Positions 1-10,308 of a stretch of 64,000 nt of DNA are shown here, one piece after another. Source of the stretch: an uncultured Bifidobacterium sp. Its GTDB lineage: Bacteria > Bacteroidota > Bacteroidia > AKYH767-A > OLB10. Made by a program: the position numbers and the translations under genes. Position 1 is the stretch's first letter, and each line of letters starts with the position of its first letter. Below the pieces are notes generated by a model. That model was not told the DNA's origin, ran no database searches, and saw nothing but the letters and a program-made list of their open reading frames with translations. The stretch is taken from contig CAZHSC010000007.1 of NCBI GenBank assembly GCA_964534995.1, positions 2,570 to 66,569 on the forward strand, written 5' to 3'.

Positions 1-3000
1 CCATTGAAAGAGACCATTCTGGTCCTTCCGGTAAATATCATATCCCAGAACCTGACAACCACCATATAGATTCCATTGTAATGAAACCTGCTGGTGCGCG
101 CTGGCAGCATGCAGTAAAATAGTTTCATGCGCTTCCAGTACTGCCAGGTCCTGACGAAGCCCACACTTATCAACACTTTGTACTTTATAGCTGTATGTAC
201 TTGCAGTGGCTGTTACCGAATTATCATTGTAATAAGGGATGTTGCCATTGATTCCTGTATTCGTCTGAAATACCTGTGCGATACTGTCATAAACGCCGGT
301 CATGTTATCGAAACGGTAAACCACATAATAATCGAGGTCATGGGCATTGGATAACTGCCATTCGAGCAACACATCATCCGGTGCATTCACTGTAACATGA
401 TACAGACTGGTAATGGGTGGAGGGTTCTGGTCGAACACTTCAATATAGTCTGTTTTCAAAATTGTATCGGAACAACCATTACTGTTCGTAACAATTAATG
501 TAACGCTGTATATACCCGAATTAACATATACAAAACTGGGGTTTTCAAGAGAAGATGTGATCCCGTTTCCAAACTCCCATTCATATACCGGATTTAAAAC
601 ACCCGAAGATAAATTAGTAAAATTAACAGGTACCGGGCTGCAGCCCTGTGTCAGGTCGGAAGTAAACCGGGCATCCGGCTGAGCATACACATGAATAGTA
701 TCCACATAGGCCAGCGTGTCGGAGCAACCCTCTGCAGTATATGCGATCAGTGAAATAATATAATCACCGGGTTGCGTATAGGTATAAACAGGGTTATCTC
801 CCTGTAACCGGGTACCGTCACCCATATCCCAAACAAGGCTGTCTGCCTGTGAAGCGGAACTGTTTATCTGTATTTGCAAAGGCGAACAACCTGTTGTAAC
901 ATCCACCGTATAGTTGAGTACCGGAGCCGCGCCAACGGCAAGGGGTACCGGATAGGTGAAGATAGTTGAACATCCTATCGAGTCATAGGCAAATAAAGTA
1001 ACGGTATAGGTTCCGGGATCCTGATAGACATGTACCGGAAACTCAACAGAATCCGTGATACCATCGCCGAAACTCCATTCCCAGGCCACTGCACCCTGTG
1101 TGGTGTTGTTAAAAACAATATGGAGAGGGGCACATCCCGATACAGAAGATACAGAAAAAGTAGTAATGGGTCCCTGTACGTATATCAAACTGTCATGGGT
1201 CACAGAATCCCTGCATCCAAATTTATTTTCAACCAGCAATTCAACATCAAAATAACCGGGTGTAGTGTATATTAATGACGGAAACTGATTACCTGAAGTT
1301 CCGCCATTACCGAAATCCCATAACCATGAAACTGCATTGGTACTCTGATCGGCATAATTTACAAGCAAGGGCGAACAACCTGTGATGCTGTCAGCCACAA
1401 AAGCGGCAATGGGTGTATTTACCTCAATCAAGGAATCGATGCTGAGGGTATCCTTGCATCCACCGGCCGAACTCACAATGAGGGTAACTGAATAAAAACC
1501 ATCCGCCATATAAACGTGCGAAGGATTCGGTACGACGGAAGTCTGCCCATCTCCAAAATGCCATTCCCAGGCACTCACATTTGTACTTGAGTCATTAAAG
1601 GCAACTGTAAAGGGAACACAACCTCCATCCTGCCCCACCGAGAAGGAAGCAGAAGTAATTTGGGGAGATGGAAGCGAAACGGACTTCACGCACCCGTTAA
1701 TATCGGTAACGGTAAGGGTTATAGAATCAGTGGGGTTACTCAGGTAAATATGGACCGGATGCTGCAAATCAGAGGTATCACCATCTCCAAAGTCCCAATG
1801 CCATTTTACTGCATCCATACTCAGATCAGTAAAGGATGCTACTGCGGGTACGCAATCCGAGCTGATGTTGTAGTTAAAAGAAGGCACCAGGTCGCTTACA
1901 TAAACCGCGTCATTCAAAACAAGTGAATCCCGGCAGATATTTTTAAAAGCAATCAGGGTAATGTCATAATAACCGGGAGTTGACCAGGTATGGGTGGGTT
2001 CAAACTGATTGGAGCTGGTACCATCTCCAAAGGTCCAGAACCAGGAATTACTGCCCGTTGAAGTATTTGTAAATGCCGCATACAAAGTTGTGCAGTTGGT
2101 AAGCGGAGGAGTAAAAGTAAAGCCGGCTACCGGATCAAATACTTCAATAGAATATGCCAGATTGAAAGTAAGCTGACACCCATTAATATCCGTTACTGTT
2201 AATGTTACTGCATACAAACCGCTGTCCTGATAAGCGTGCAATGGATTTCGGGTTGAAGAAACAATCCCATCGCCGAAATCCCATAGGTACTGAGCATAAT
2301 TTACATTGCCGGGATCGAATGCAACAGAATCGCCAGCGCAGGTACGGCGGGTATTTGCGCTTAATGGGCTGGTTGCATTCACGGCAAAAGATTTAGCCAC
2401 GAAAGAAGGACAATTGTTGGTATCCACCGCATTGAGGCTTACCATATAACTGGCATTTATGTTGGGATAGGTATTAGAAGCGGTGGGTGTGTTAAAAGAA
2501 TTTCCGTTTCCAAAATCCCAGTCATAGGAAAGAGCCGGTGCAAAAGACTGAACTGTAACGATTACCCCATTGCACAGATTGGTTGTCGAAATGTTGAAAT
2601 CAGTGATGGGTTCAACAACATACAGTGTATCCGAATAAATAATCGTATCTATTACACCTGCCCCGTAAAATAAATACAGGGTGGTTACAAACGCACCGCT
2701 GTCGGTATAAATATGTTCGGGGGAGGCCAGTGATGATGTGGTTCCATCGCCAAAATCCCAAAGCCAGGCAGAGGCATAAGGATCAGGATTGTTAAAACTA
2801 ACTGTAAACGGGGCGCAATTATAAACTCTGGGTGGTGGTGGTGGTGGTGGACCTCCCAGTCCGCCCCCTCCCGACCCAAATGAGGAGCCAAAAGTAATAG
2901 GCGGATATGTATAAGTATAGGAGCAGCTGTCGTTGCCCAGTGTAAGCGTCACCACAAAGGGTCCTGCGGTCTGATAAACATGTAAGGGGTCTTCCAGCGA

Positions 3001-5190
3001 TGATGAATCTCCGTCGCCAAAGCTCCATAACCACCAGGTGGCACCACTGGAATTGGCCTGAAACTGCACATGCAGGGGGGGAACTGTATCGATGGTCGAC
3101 GCCGAAGCGCTCGCTCCCAGCCCGCTGATCTGCACTGCATTGTTTGCCTGAAGTGTGGTGATGCATCCACCGGGAGTTGTTACGGTGAGCGAAACGTTAT
3201 ACGAACCGGGACCGGGATAGGCATGAACCGGATTTTGAAGGGAAGAACTGCCACCATCACCAAAAGTCCATTGCCATGCTGATGCGTTGAGTGAGGTATC
3301 GTTGAAAAAAACCTGATAAGGAGGGCACGGACTTATTGAATAGGTGAAGCCAGGATCTGCTCCGTCAATAATAAACGTCTGAAATACGGGAATATGCTGC
3401 TCGCATCCTCCATTCACCATCCAGGTAGTGAGTGATACAACATAAACCCCCGGTTCAGTATACACATGATAAGGATTTGCTAACGTTGAAGTGCTACCAT
3501 CGCCAAAATCCCATAAGAAGGAACTGGCACCTGAGGCATCAGAAAAATTTACAGGGTGCGGGGCGCAGCCGCTGATGGGTGGAGGCACCTGATAATTGAC
3601 CACAGTTGGAGCAACCTGAATCAAAGAAGGATATACAAGGGTATCCGAACAGCCTGTTGCATCAGTTACAATCAATGATACACTATAGGTACCGTTGCTT
3701 ACATACACATGGGAAGGATGCTGTACTGTGGAAGTAGTACCATCGCCGAAATCCCAAAAGAAGCTACTTGCCCCTGATGAATTATTGGTAAAATTTACCG
3801 TCAACGGCGGGCAACCGCTGATGAGGTCGGCAGTGAAGGCAGCACTGGGTGCGAATACACGGACCTTATCGCTTAGCGGAAAACCGTGAGTACATCCCGA
3901 AGGACTGGTTGCGGTAAGGCTTACCTGATAGATACCCGCGGAAGAATAGGTGTGTGTGGGTACCGGTAAAGCAGAAGTGGTTCCATCTCCAAAGTCCCAT
4001 AACCAGGTATAATTAGCCGCAGCGTTGTTATTAACAAATTGCACCGTTAATGGAGCGCATCCATTATTATTGGTCATGCCATAGGTAAATACAGGACGGT
4101 CAAAAGCATACACCGGACCTGCGCTTACCGTTTGCTGACATCCGCTCGAATAACTCACAGTTAAAGTTATCGGGAATATTCCGGCTGTTGCATAAGTATA
4201 ATATACACTTGAACCATTTCTTGTAATCCCATTGCCAAGATCCCATTGATAACCGGTTTGCGGATAGTACGCGGTTTGCATAGCCAGGTAATGGGGAATG
4301 CAACCACTATCTGCACTCAGTGTCACGACTGGAACCGGGTTCCATTTGATATGCACCAAATCATCCATAAGTACTGTATCGGTACATCCGTTGGAACTGG
4401 TCATAACAAGGCCCACATCAAAATAGCCTGTATCAGCATACACATGAGAGGGATTCAATAAGTTTGACTGATTGCCGTCACCAAACATCCAGGTCCATGA
4501 TACTGCATTTGACATTAATGCATTGAATTGGAAACTAAACCCCGGATTGCAGGTGGAAGTATCATTAACGGTTATGACCGCGGTGGGTGAAGGATAAACA
4601 TCTACCACTGCCGGCATTACCTTAACATCGCTGCAACCGAACTGCCGGTTATACACTACCAGGGTAACATTAAAAATTCCGGGTATGCTATAAATATGTT
4701 GAGGGTGCCATTGATTACTGGTAGTTCCGTCACCAAAATCCCAAATGCAGGAATCGAAGGAAGTGGATAAATTCTGAAATGTAAACACCTGGCTATTCTG
4801 GCAACCGGAGCTATTCGAAACAGAAAACTGAGCTACCGGTTTAGGATGCACCGTAAGCGATACAGTGAAAACATCCTGCGATCCTGAAGAACCGGAAGCT
4901 GTTAAAGAAACCAAATAGGTACCTGCTACAGTATAGACATTTCCGGGGTGAACCTGTGTGGAGGTATTCCCATTGCCAAAATCCCATTGATAAGAAACAG
5001 CGTTTACGGATGTATTGGTAAACTGAACATTAAAAGGAACACAACCCTGCAATGCACTCACCGTAAAGGAAGACTGAACATTCTGCGCATTGCTTACCTG
5101 TGATGCCCATAATATGATGCACACCAACAGGAAGATTGTCCGGCTTCTTAAATTGAAACAGCTAACAAACGGAACCTTAACAGAAATCAT
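1..5190 (-). CDS. Very large secreted PKD-repeat surface protein; the start is at 5190 and the 3' end runs off the left window edge (at least 1730 aa)
   Basis: Absent from the ORF track because it has no stop in the window. The minus-strand frame is open from ATG (5190-5188) to position 1, and the frames checked at both ends agree. No ORF of 60 aa or more is listed in this frame, which fits one uninterrupted ORF. The N-terminus MISVKVPFVSCFNLRSRTIFLLVCIILWASQVSNAQ is signal-peptide-like. I count 19 tandem units of about 80 aa with the PKD signature W-x-F-G-D/N-G (for example YQWDFGNGNTS, FFWDFGDGTTS, WEWHFGDGQTS). The last ~140 aa in the window switch to an Fn3-like unit (LLEWQLSNAHDLDYYVVYRF). 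Confidence 0.9.
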   Translation of the reverse strand, partial: MISVKVPFVSCFNLRSRTIFLLVCIILWASQVSNAQNVQSSFTVSALQGCVPFNVQFTNTSVNAVSYQWDFGNGNTSTQVHPGNVYTVAGTYLVSLTASGSSGSQDVFTVSLTVHPKPVAQFSVSNSSGCQNSQVFTFQNLSTSFDSCIWDFGDGTTSNQWHPQHIYSIPGIFNVTLVVYNRQFGCSDVKVMPAVVDVYPSPTAVITVNDTSTCNPGFSFQFNALMSNAVSWTWMFGDGNQSNLLNPSHVYADTGYFDVGLVMTSSNGCTDTVLMDDLVHIKWNPVPVVTLSADSGCIPHYLAMQTAYYPQTGYQWDLGNGITRNGSSVYYTYATAGIFPITLTVSYSSGCQQTVSAGPVYAFDRPVFTYGMTNNNGCAPLTVQFVNNNAAANYTWLWDFGDGTTSALPVPTHTYSSAGIYQVSLTATSPSGCTHGFPLSDKVRVFAPSAAFTADLISGCPPLTVNFTNNSSGASSFFWDFGDGTTSTVQHPSHVYVSNGTYSVSLIVTDATGCSDTLVYPSLIQVAPTVVNYQVPPPISGCAPHPVNFSDASGASSFLWDFGDGSTSTLANPYHVYTEPGVYVVSLTTWMVNGGCEQHIPVFQTFIIDGADPGFTYSISPCPPYQVFFNDTSLNASAWQWTFGDGGSSSLQNPVHAYPGPGSYNVSLTVTTPGGCITTLQANNAVQISGLGASASASTIDTVPPLHVQFQANSSGATWWLWSFGDGDSSSLEDPLHVYQTAGPFVVTLTLGNDSCSYTYTYPPITFGSSFGSGGGGLGGPPPPPPPRVYNCAPFTVSFNNPDPYASAWLWDFGDGTTSSLASPEHIYTDSGAFVTTLYLFYGAGVIDTIIYSDTLYVVEPITDFNISTTNLCNGVIVTVQSFAPALSYDWDFGNGNSFNTPTASNTYPNINASYMVSLNAVDTNNCPSFVAKSFAVNATSPLSANTRRTCAGDSVAFDPGNVNYAQYLWDFGDGIVSSTRNPLHAYQDSGLYAVTLTVTDINGCQLTFNLAYSIEVFDPVAGFTFTPPLTNCTTLYAAFTNTSTGSNSWFWTFGDGTSSNQFEPTHTWSTPGYYDITLIAFKNICRDSLVLNDAVYVSDLVPSFNYNISSDCVPAVASFTDLSMDAVKWHWDFGDGDTSDLQHPVHIYLSNPTDSITLTVTDINGCVKSVSLPSPQITSASFSVGQDGGCVPFTVAFNDSSTNVSAWEWHFGDGQTSVVPNPSHVYMADGFYSVTLIVSSAGGCKDTLSIDSLIEVNTPIAAFVADSITGCSPLLVNYADQSTNAVSWLWDFGNGGTSGNQFPSLIYTTPGYFDVELLVENKFGCRDSVTHDSLIYVQGPITTFSVSSVSGCAPLHIVFNNTTQGAVAWEWSFGDGITDSVEFPVHVYQDPGTYTVTLFAYDSIGCSTIFTYPVPLAVGAAPVLNYTVDVTTGCSPLQIQINSSASQADSLVWDMGDGTRLQGDNPVYTYTQPGDYIISLIAYTAEGCSDTLAYVDTIHVYAQPDARFTSDLTQGCSPVPVNFTNLSSGVLNPVYEWEFGNGITSSLENPSFVYVNSGIYSVTLIVTNSNGCSDTILKTDYIEVFDQNPPPITSLYHVTVNAPDDVLLEWQLSNAHDLDYYVVYRFDNMTGVYDSIAQVFQTNTGINGNIPYYNDNSVTATASTYSYKVQSVDKCGLRQDLAVLEAHETILLHAASAHQQVSLQWNLYGGCQVLGYDIYRKDQNGLFQW
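430..5080 (-). repeat. Tandem array of about 19 PKD-domain coding units (~245 nt each) inside the giant CDS
   Basis: The protein-level motif W-D-F-G-D-G-x-T-S ... H-x-Y ... G-x-Y-x-V-x-L recurs about every 80 aa. The units are diverged at the nucleotide level. Confidence 0.8.
2830..2850 (-). repeat. In-frame trinucleotide microsatellite, (CCA)6 plus CCC on the coding strand, encoding Pro7 within a Gly/Pro hinge
   Basis: The plus strand reads tggg(tgg)6. The coding strand reads GGA GGT CCA CCA CCA CCA CCA CCA CCC, in the context SSFGSGGGGLGGPPPPPPPRVY between PKD units 9 and 10. Confidence 0.9.
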
Positions 5191-5383
5191 ATAGCCTTCA
5201 TACGACTGACTCCCTGTAATGTTGCCAAGCATGCTATAATTTATAAATAAAGAATTAACTATTTAACCTTAAAAAGAATATCATTTCATTTGTAAGAAAC
5301 AATGCATTTTAAACGGATTTCAACATAGCCATTAACGCAATTATTTGATAATGCTAACTTTACAAATACTTGAAATCATATTT

Positions 5384-5391
5384 TACCTTTG
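5384..5391 (+). promoter_or_regulatory. Candidate Bacteroidota sigma-A -7 box (TAnnTTTG) for uvrA
   Basis: TACCTTTG lies 30 nt upstream of the uvrA ATG. The motif is short, so chance matches are expected. Confidence 0.4.
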
Positions 5392-5420
5392 CAGTTCCTT
5401 ATTAATTGTAAGGTTTCCTT

Positions 5421-8276
5421 ATGAAATTATCCGAAGAAGAATGGGTGGAGGTATATGGAGCCAGAGTACATAACCTGCAAAACGTTGATATTACATTTCC
5501 AAGAAACAAACTGGTGGTTCTTACCGGTTTAAGTGGCAGTGGGAAAAGTTCACTGGCTTTTGATACTATTTATGCAGAGGGACAGCGTCGTTATATGGAA
5601 ACATTTTCGTCGTATGCACGACAGTTTCTGGGGAATATGGAAAGACCGGATGTCGATAAAATAAAAGGTCTGAGTCCGGTAATTTCCATTGAACAAAAAA
5701 CAACCAATACCAATCCACGTTCTACCGTCGGCACAGTTACAGAGATCTATGATTTCCTGCGTTTGCTGTTTGCGAGGACGGCGGATGCCTATTCCTACCT
5801 CAGCGGCGAAAAAATGATACGAATGACGGATGATCAGATCCGTGAGGTAGTGATGAAACAATATGAAAATGAAAATATTTTAATACTGGCACCCGTTGTA
5901 AAAGGAAGAAAAGGACATTACCGCGAATTATTCCAGCAAATTGCACAACAGGGCTTTCTCAGGGTAAGAATTGATGGTGAGCTAACAGAAATTAAAAGAG
6001 GATTACAGGCCGACAGATATAAAACGCATGACATTGAACTTGTAATTGACAAAGTGCAAATAAATGAGGACAATTCATTCCGCATATTTGAAAGTATTAA
6101 AACCGCTTTAAAGCAGGGCAAAGGATCCATGATGGTGCTGAATGAAAAAAGTGGAAAAGTGCGTCACTTAAGTCAACACCTGATGTGTCCTTCCACAGGT
6201 ATTTCCTACGATGAACCTGCCCCCAATACATTTTCATTCAATTCACCCTATGGTGCCTGCAGCACCTGTAATGGCATGGGTACCATCCCTGAAATTGATA
6301 TAAAATCAGTTATACCGGATCCTTCAAAAAGTATCAAGCAAGGCGGAATAGCCCCACTGGGTGAATACAAGGACAACTGGATATTTCAACAAGTCCAGTC
6401 TATTGGTAAAAACTTTGGATTTACGCTAAGTACACCCATTAAAGATATTCAGGAGGAAGCATTGAATATTATTCTTTACGGCTCAAATGAAATTTTTGCG
6501 GTTGACAAAGATTTTACTTCCGGACAGGTAAACAGTCATACCATGAGTTTTGAAGGTATAGCCAGTTTCATTGCTTCGCAAATGGAGGACAATGGCTCAT
6601 CAGGACGGTTGAAGAAGTGGGCACAGGGATTTATGACATATAAAACATGTCCCGGATGCAAAGGTTCCCGTTTAAAACAAGAATCGCTGTATTTTAAAAT
6701 TGACGGACAAAACATCGCGGAGTTGGCGGAACTGGATATACTTCAGCTATATGAATGGAGCCTTTCCGTTGAAAAAAAATTAAACAGGAAGCAACTCATC
6801 ATCGCGAAAGAAATATTAAAGGAAATTTCCAAGCGAATCAAATTTTTGCTTGACGTTGGCCTGGATTATCTTACACTTAACAGGAGTTCGAAGTCGCTTT
6901 CAGGAGGAGAATCACAACGCATACGCCTGGCCACGCAAATCGGATCGCAACTGGTAGGTGTCATGTATATCCTGGATGAACCCAGCATTGGTCTACACCA
7001 GCGTGACAATACACGCCTGATACAATCCCTGAAGGAACTCAGGGATATCGGAAATTCAGTGATCGTAGTTGAGCATGACAAAGAAACCATACTCGCCGCA
7101 GATCACATCATCGATCTTGGCCCCGGTGCTGGCATACATGGCGGCAGAGTGGTTGCATCGGGGGATGCGGATATGATTACCCGTTCAGACAGCCTTACAG
7201 GCCGCTATTTATCCGGTAAAATGCAGATCAGGCATGGCAAAAGAAGACCGGGAAGCGGATCATCCATTGTACTCAGCGGAGCGAAGGGAAATAACCTGAA
7301 AAATATCACTGTTGAATTTCCACTTGGCAAATTCATATGCGTTAGCGGTGTGTCCGGAAGCGGAAAATCAACACTCATCAATGAAACCCTCTACCCTATT
7401 CTCAATCAACACTTTTACCGCTCACAAACCAAGCCCTTGCCTTACAAATCCATTAAAGGTCTGGAACATATTGATAAGGTAATAGAAATTGATCAGAGCC
7501 CTATTGGCAGGACTCCCCGATCCAACCCGGCCACCTACTCGGGGGTATTCAGTGATATACGTACCCTCTACTCTCAATTGAATGAAGCAAAAGTAAGAGG
7601 TTACCCTCCCGGTTGGTTTTCATTCAATGTTAAAGGAGGGCGTTGCGAAACCTGCCAGGGTGCAGGTATGAGGACCATTGAAATGAACTTCCTGCCTGAT
7701 GTATATGTGCATTGCGAAAATTGTAATGGAAAACGTTACAACAGGGAAATACTGGAAGTACGGTACCGTGGCAAATCGATCAGTGATGTGTTGAATATGA
7801 GCATTGATCATGCAGTAGATTTTTTTGAGAACATGCCGGGAATTCTGCATAAAATCAAAACCCTGAAGGAGGTGGGCCTCGGATACCTTACCCTTGGACA
7901 ACAAAGCACCACGCTTTCAGGCGGAGAAGCACAACGCGTAAAACTTGCATCTGAACTTTCGAAAAGAGATACCGGCAACACCTTTTATATCTTTGATGAA
8001 CCTACCACCGGGCTCCATTTTGAAGACGTACGTATCCTGCTGGATGTATTAAATAAACTTGTTGACAAGGGAAATACGGTTCTTGTTATTGAACATAATA
8101 TGGATGTAATCCGTATGGCAGATTATATCATTGACCTTGGTCCGGAAGGCGGGTCGCGGGGCGGCAATATTCTCTGTACAGGAACCCCTGAAGAAATCAT
8201 TAAAAATAAATTTTCTGTTACTGCTCAGTATCTTAAAAAAGAAATGCAAAGCTTTAGAACTTTAGCCAGTAACTAA
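5421..8276 (+). CDS. uvrA: Excinuclease ABC subunit A (UvrA)
   Basis: 951 aa. Two ABC ATPase modules are present (GLSGSGKSSLAFDT and GVSGSGKSTLINET; signatures LSGGESQRIRLA and LSGGEAQRVKLA). Zinc-finger Cys pairs are present (CPSTG..CSTCNG, CPGCKG, CETCQG..CENCNG). Confidence 0.97.
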   Translation: MKLSEEEWVEVYGARVHNLQNVDITFPRNKLVVLTGLSGSGKSSLAFDTIYAEGQRRYMETFSSYARQFLGNMERPDVDKIKGLSPVISIEQKTTNTNPRSTVGTVTEIYDFLRLLFARTADAYSYLSGEKMIRMTDDQIREVVMKQYENENILILAPVVKGRKGHYRELFQQIAQQGFLRVRIDGELTEIKRGLQADRYKTHDIELVIDKVQINEDNSFRIFESIKTALKQGKGSMMVLNEKSGKVRHLSQHLMCPSTGISYDEPAPNTFSFNSPYGACSTCNGMGTIPEIDIKSVIPDPSKSIKQGGIAPLGEYKDNWIFQQVQSIGKNFGFTLSTPIKDIQEEALNIILYGSNEIFAVDKDFTSGQVNSHTMSFEGIASFIASQMEDNGSSGRLKKWAQGFMTYKTCPGCKGSRLKQESLYFKIDGQNIAELAELDILQLYEWSLSVEKKLNRKQLIIAKEILKEISKRIKFLLDVGLDYLTLNRSSKSLSGGESQRIRLATQIGSQLVGVMYILDEPSIGLHQRDNTRLIQSLKELRDIGNSVIVVEHDKETILAADHIIDLGPGAGIHGGRVVASGDADMITRSDSLTGRYLSGKMQIRHGKRRPGSGSSIVLSGAKGNNLKNITVEFPLGKFICVSGVSGSGKSTLINETLYPILNQHFYRSQTKPLPYKSIKGLEHIDKVIEIDQSPIGRTPRSNPATYSGVFSDIRTLYSQLNEAKVRGYPPGWFSFNVKGGRCETCQGAGMRTIEMNFLPDVYVHCENCNGKRYNREILEVRYRGKSISDVLNMSIDHAVDFFENMPGILHKIKTLKEVGLGYLTLGQQSTTLSGGEAQRVKLASELSKRDTGNTFYIFDEPTTGLHFEDVRILLDVLNKLVDKGNTVLVIEHNMDVIRMADYIIDLGPEGGSRGGNILCTGTPEEIIKNKFSVTAQYLKKEMQSFRTLASN

Positions 8277-8303
8277 CGTAATAAATACATCGAAAAAACG
8301 ATT

Positions 8304-9011
8304 ATGAATACCGACGAGGCAAAAATAAGAAGAGCATTTTCTGATAAAGACTGGCAGGAAATTAAGGCACAGGACACCTGGCAAATTTTCAAAATAATGG
8401 CTGAATTTGTCGAGGGCTTTGAGAAAATGAGCAAGATCGGTCCCTGCGTTTCCATTTTCGGTTCTGCCCGAACGGAAGCCGGCAGCAGGTATTATTCGCT
8501 GGCAGAGGAAATCGCCTATAAACTTACATCCGAGGGCTATGGAATTATTACGGGAGGAGGGCCCGGTATTATGGAGGCAGCCAACAAAGGTGCGCAGAAA
8601 GCCAATGGAAAATCAGTAGGTCTGAATATTAAGTTGCCATTTGAACAATCACCCAACCCATTTATTGATTCCGATAAAAGCATCACTTTCGATTACTTCT
8701 TTGTCAGGAAGCTTATGTTCATCAAATACGCCCAGGGATTTATTGTACTGCCGGGCGGCTTTGGTACTATGGACGAATTATTTGAATCCCTCACTTTGAT
8801 TCAAACAAGGAAAATCGGAAAATTCCCCATTGTAATTGTGGGTAAAGATTACTGGAGCGGACTGATTGAATGGATCAAACAGGTACTTGTCACCGAAAAA
8901 TATGTCAACCCTGATGACCTGAAACTTTTTACACTGGTTGATACCGCGGAAGAAGCGGTGAATGTAATTGACAATTTTTACTCCAAATACCTGCTCAAGC
9001 CAAATTTCTGA
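8304..9011 (+). CDS. LOG / TIGR00730-family Rossmann-fold protein (cytokinin riboside 5'-monophosphate phosphoribohydrolase-like)
   Basis: 235 aa. Carries the motifs GGGPGIMEAANKGA and LPGGFGTMDELFE, which are typical of the LOG/lysine-decarboxylase-like family. Confidence 0.85.
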   Translation: MNTDEAKIRRAFSDKDWQEIKAQDTWQIFKIMAEFVEGFEKMSKIGPCVSIFGSARTEAGSRYYSLAEEIAYKLTSEGYGIITGGGPGIMEAANKGAQKANGKSVGLNIKLPFEQSPNPFIDSDKSITFDYFFVRKLMFIKYAQGFIVLPGGFGTMDELFESLTLIQTRKIGKFPIVIVGKDYWSGLIEWIKQVLVTEKYVNPDDLKLFTLVDTAEEAVNVIDNFYSKYLLKPNF

Positions 9012-9047
9012 TTAACATTTGATTTTTCTGCTTTGCTACTGCCATAC

Positions 9048-9085
9048 ACCTTACAGTTTATAGTGTAAGGTTTTCTGCATTTTTT
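9048..9085 (+). terminator. Rho-independent terminator after the LOG-family gene
   Basis: Stem ACCTTACA / TGTAAGGT (8 bp) with loop GTTTATAG, followed by the T-rich tract TTTCTGCATTTTTT. Confidence 0.6.
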
Positions 9086-9124
9086 ATCGGCTTCAATGCT
9101 GTCAACTGCGTTAAGGCTGTAACC

Positions 9125-10306
9125 ATGGCCTGTCATTTTCTGTACAAGCACCGAGCAAAACTCAGTACTATGCAAATTCAACAAAAGAAATGGACGCCTG
9201 AAAAAACGTGGGAGACCCTCCGAAGCGACATCAACGACCAGGGTGTTTATCAACTGGTAATTGTTTTTGGAAGCCGCATACTCCTTTCCAGCCCCGGATT
9301 TTACGATGAAATCAGAAACCAATATCCGAAGGCGGAGATACTGATGAACTCCACATCCGGTGAAATTATTGACACGCAGGTAAATGATGAGACCATATCT
9401 CTGACCGCGATCAGATTTGATAAAACAAGTTTTAACTCCCAATCCATACAAATCACGGACTATCCGAACAGCATGGAGGCAGGAAAGGTAATTGCCCAAA
9501 AATTTTCGCACGAGGGCTTATCAAACATTCTGGTTATTTCCGATGGACAGATGGTAAATGGAAGCGACCTGGTAAGCGGATTACAACAATCGCTGCCGCA
9601 GCATGTGGTAATTACAGGTGGCCTTGCCGGTGATGGCAGCAGGTTTCAAAAAACACTGGTAGGTCTCAACGAACAACCCAGAGAAGGGAAAATCATTGCA
9701 GTTGGATTTTACGGAAATCATCTTAAAGTATCGCATGGAAGCATGGGAGGCTGGGATCCCTTTGGGCCCGAGCGTCTGGTGACAAAATCTGCTGCGAATA
9801 TACTATATGAACTCGACGGCCAACCCGCTTTAAGCGTATATAAAAAATACCTGGGCGAATATTCCGACGAACTTCCGGGAAGCGCATTGCTCTTTCCCCT
9901 CAGTGTTAAGCTCAATGTCAACGAAGAACCTGTGGTACGTACTATCCTGTCCATTGATGAGGATGCACAAAGCCTGACGTTTGCGGGAAATATTCCGGAA
10001 GGCTCTTATTCCCGGCTGATGAAAGCCAACTTCGACCGCCTCATTGAAGGCGCTTCCAACGCCGCCATGAACTCATTGCAAAAGTTAGAGCAGCCAGATC
10101 TTGCCATTTTAATAAGCTGTGTCGGAAGAAAGCTGGTGCTGAATCAACGCATAGAGGAAGAAGTTGAGGTAGTAAGGGAGATTTTGGGAAAAACAACTGC
10201 TATAACCGGCTTTTATTCCTACGGTGAAATATCACCAAACAAAGGGTATATGAATTGTGAATTACACAATCAAACAATGACCATTACCACAATGAGTGAA
10301 AAATAA
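9125..10306 (+). CDS. Stand-alone FIST-domain sensory protein (FIST_N + FIST_C)
   Basis: 393-aa ORF. The real start may be the in-frame ATG at 9170 (MQIQQKKW). My recognition of the two-lobed FIST architecture is moderate (..ILVISDGQMVNGSDLVSGL.., ..GFYSYGEISP.. near the C-terminus is typical of FIST_C). There is no output domain. The stop lies 2 nt before the next gene. Confidence 0.7.
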   Translation: MACHFLYKHRAKLSTMQIQQKKWTPEKTWETLRSDINDQGVYQLVIVFGSRILLSSPGFYDEIRNQYPKAEILMNSTSGEIIDTQVNDETISLTAIRFDKTSFNSQSIQITDYPNSMEAGKVIAQKFSHEGLSNILVISDGQMVNGSDLVSGLQQSLPQHVVITGGLAGDGSRFQKTLVGLNEQPREGKIIAVGFYGNHLKVSHGSMGGWDPFGPERLVTKSAANILYELDGQPALSVYKKYLGEYSDELPGSALLFPLSVKLNVNEEPVVRTILSIDEDAQSLTFAGNIPEGSYSRLMKANFDRLIEGASNAAMNSLQKLEQPDLAILISCVGRKLVLNQRIEEEVEVVREILGKTTAITGFYSYGEISPNKGYMNCELHNQTMTITTMSEK

Positions 10307-10308
10307 GA

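Noticed and set aside
127-4461. About a dozen 60-115 aa ORFs on both strands in the first 4.5 kb (for example 1660..1926 +, 2819..3166 -, 4246..4461 +)
   Set aside because: All lie inside, and out of frame with or antisense to, the single open PKD-repeat reading frame (1..5190, minus). Their sequences are low-complexity shadows with no recognisable motifs.
8978-9511. 177-aa minus-strand ORF overlapping the LOG-gene terminator and the 5' part of the FIST gene
   Set aside because: It is antisense to a well-supported gene, runs through a terminator hairpin and has no recognisable motifs.
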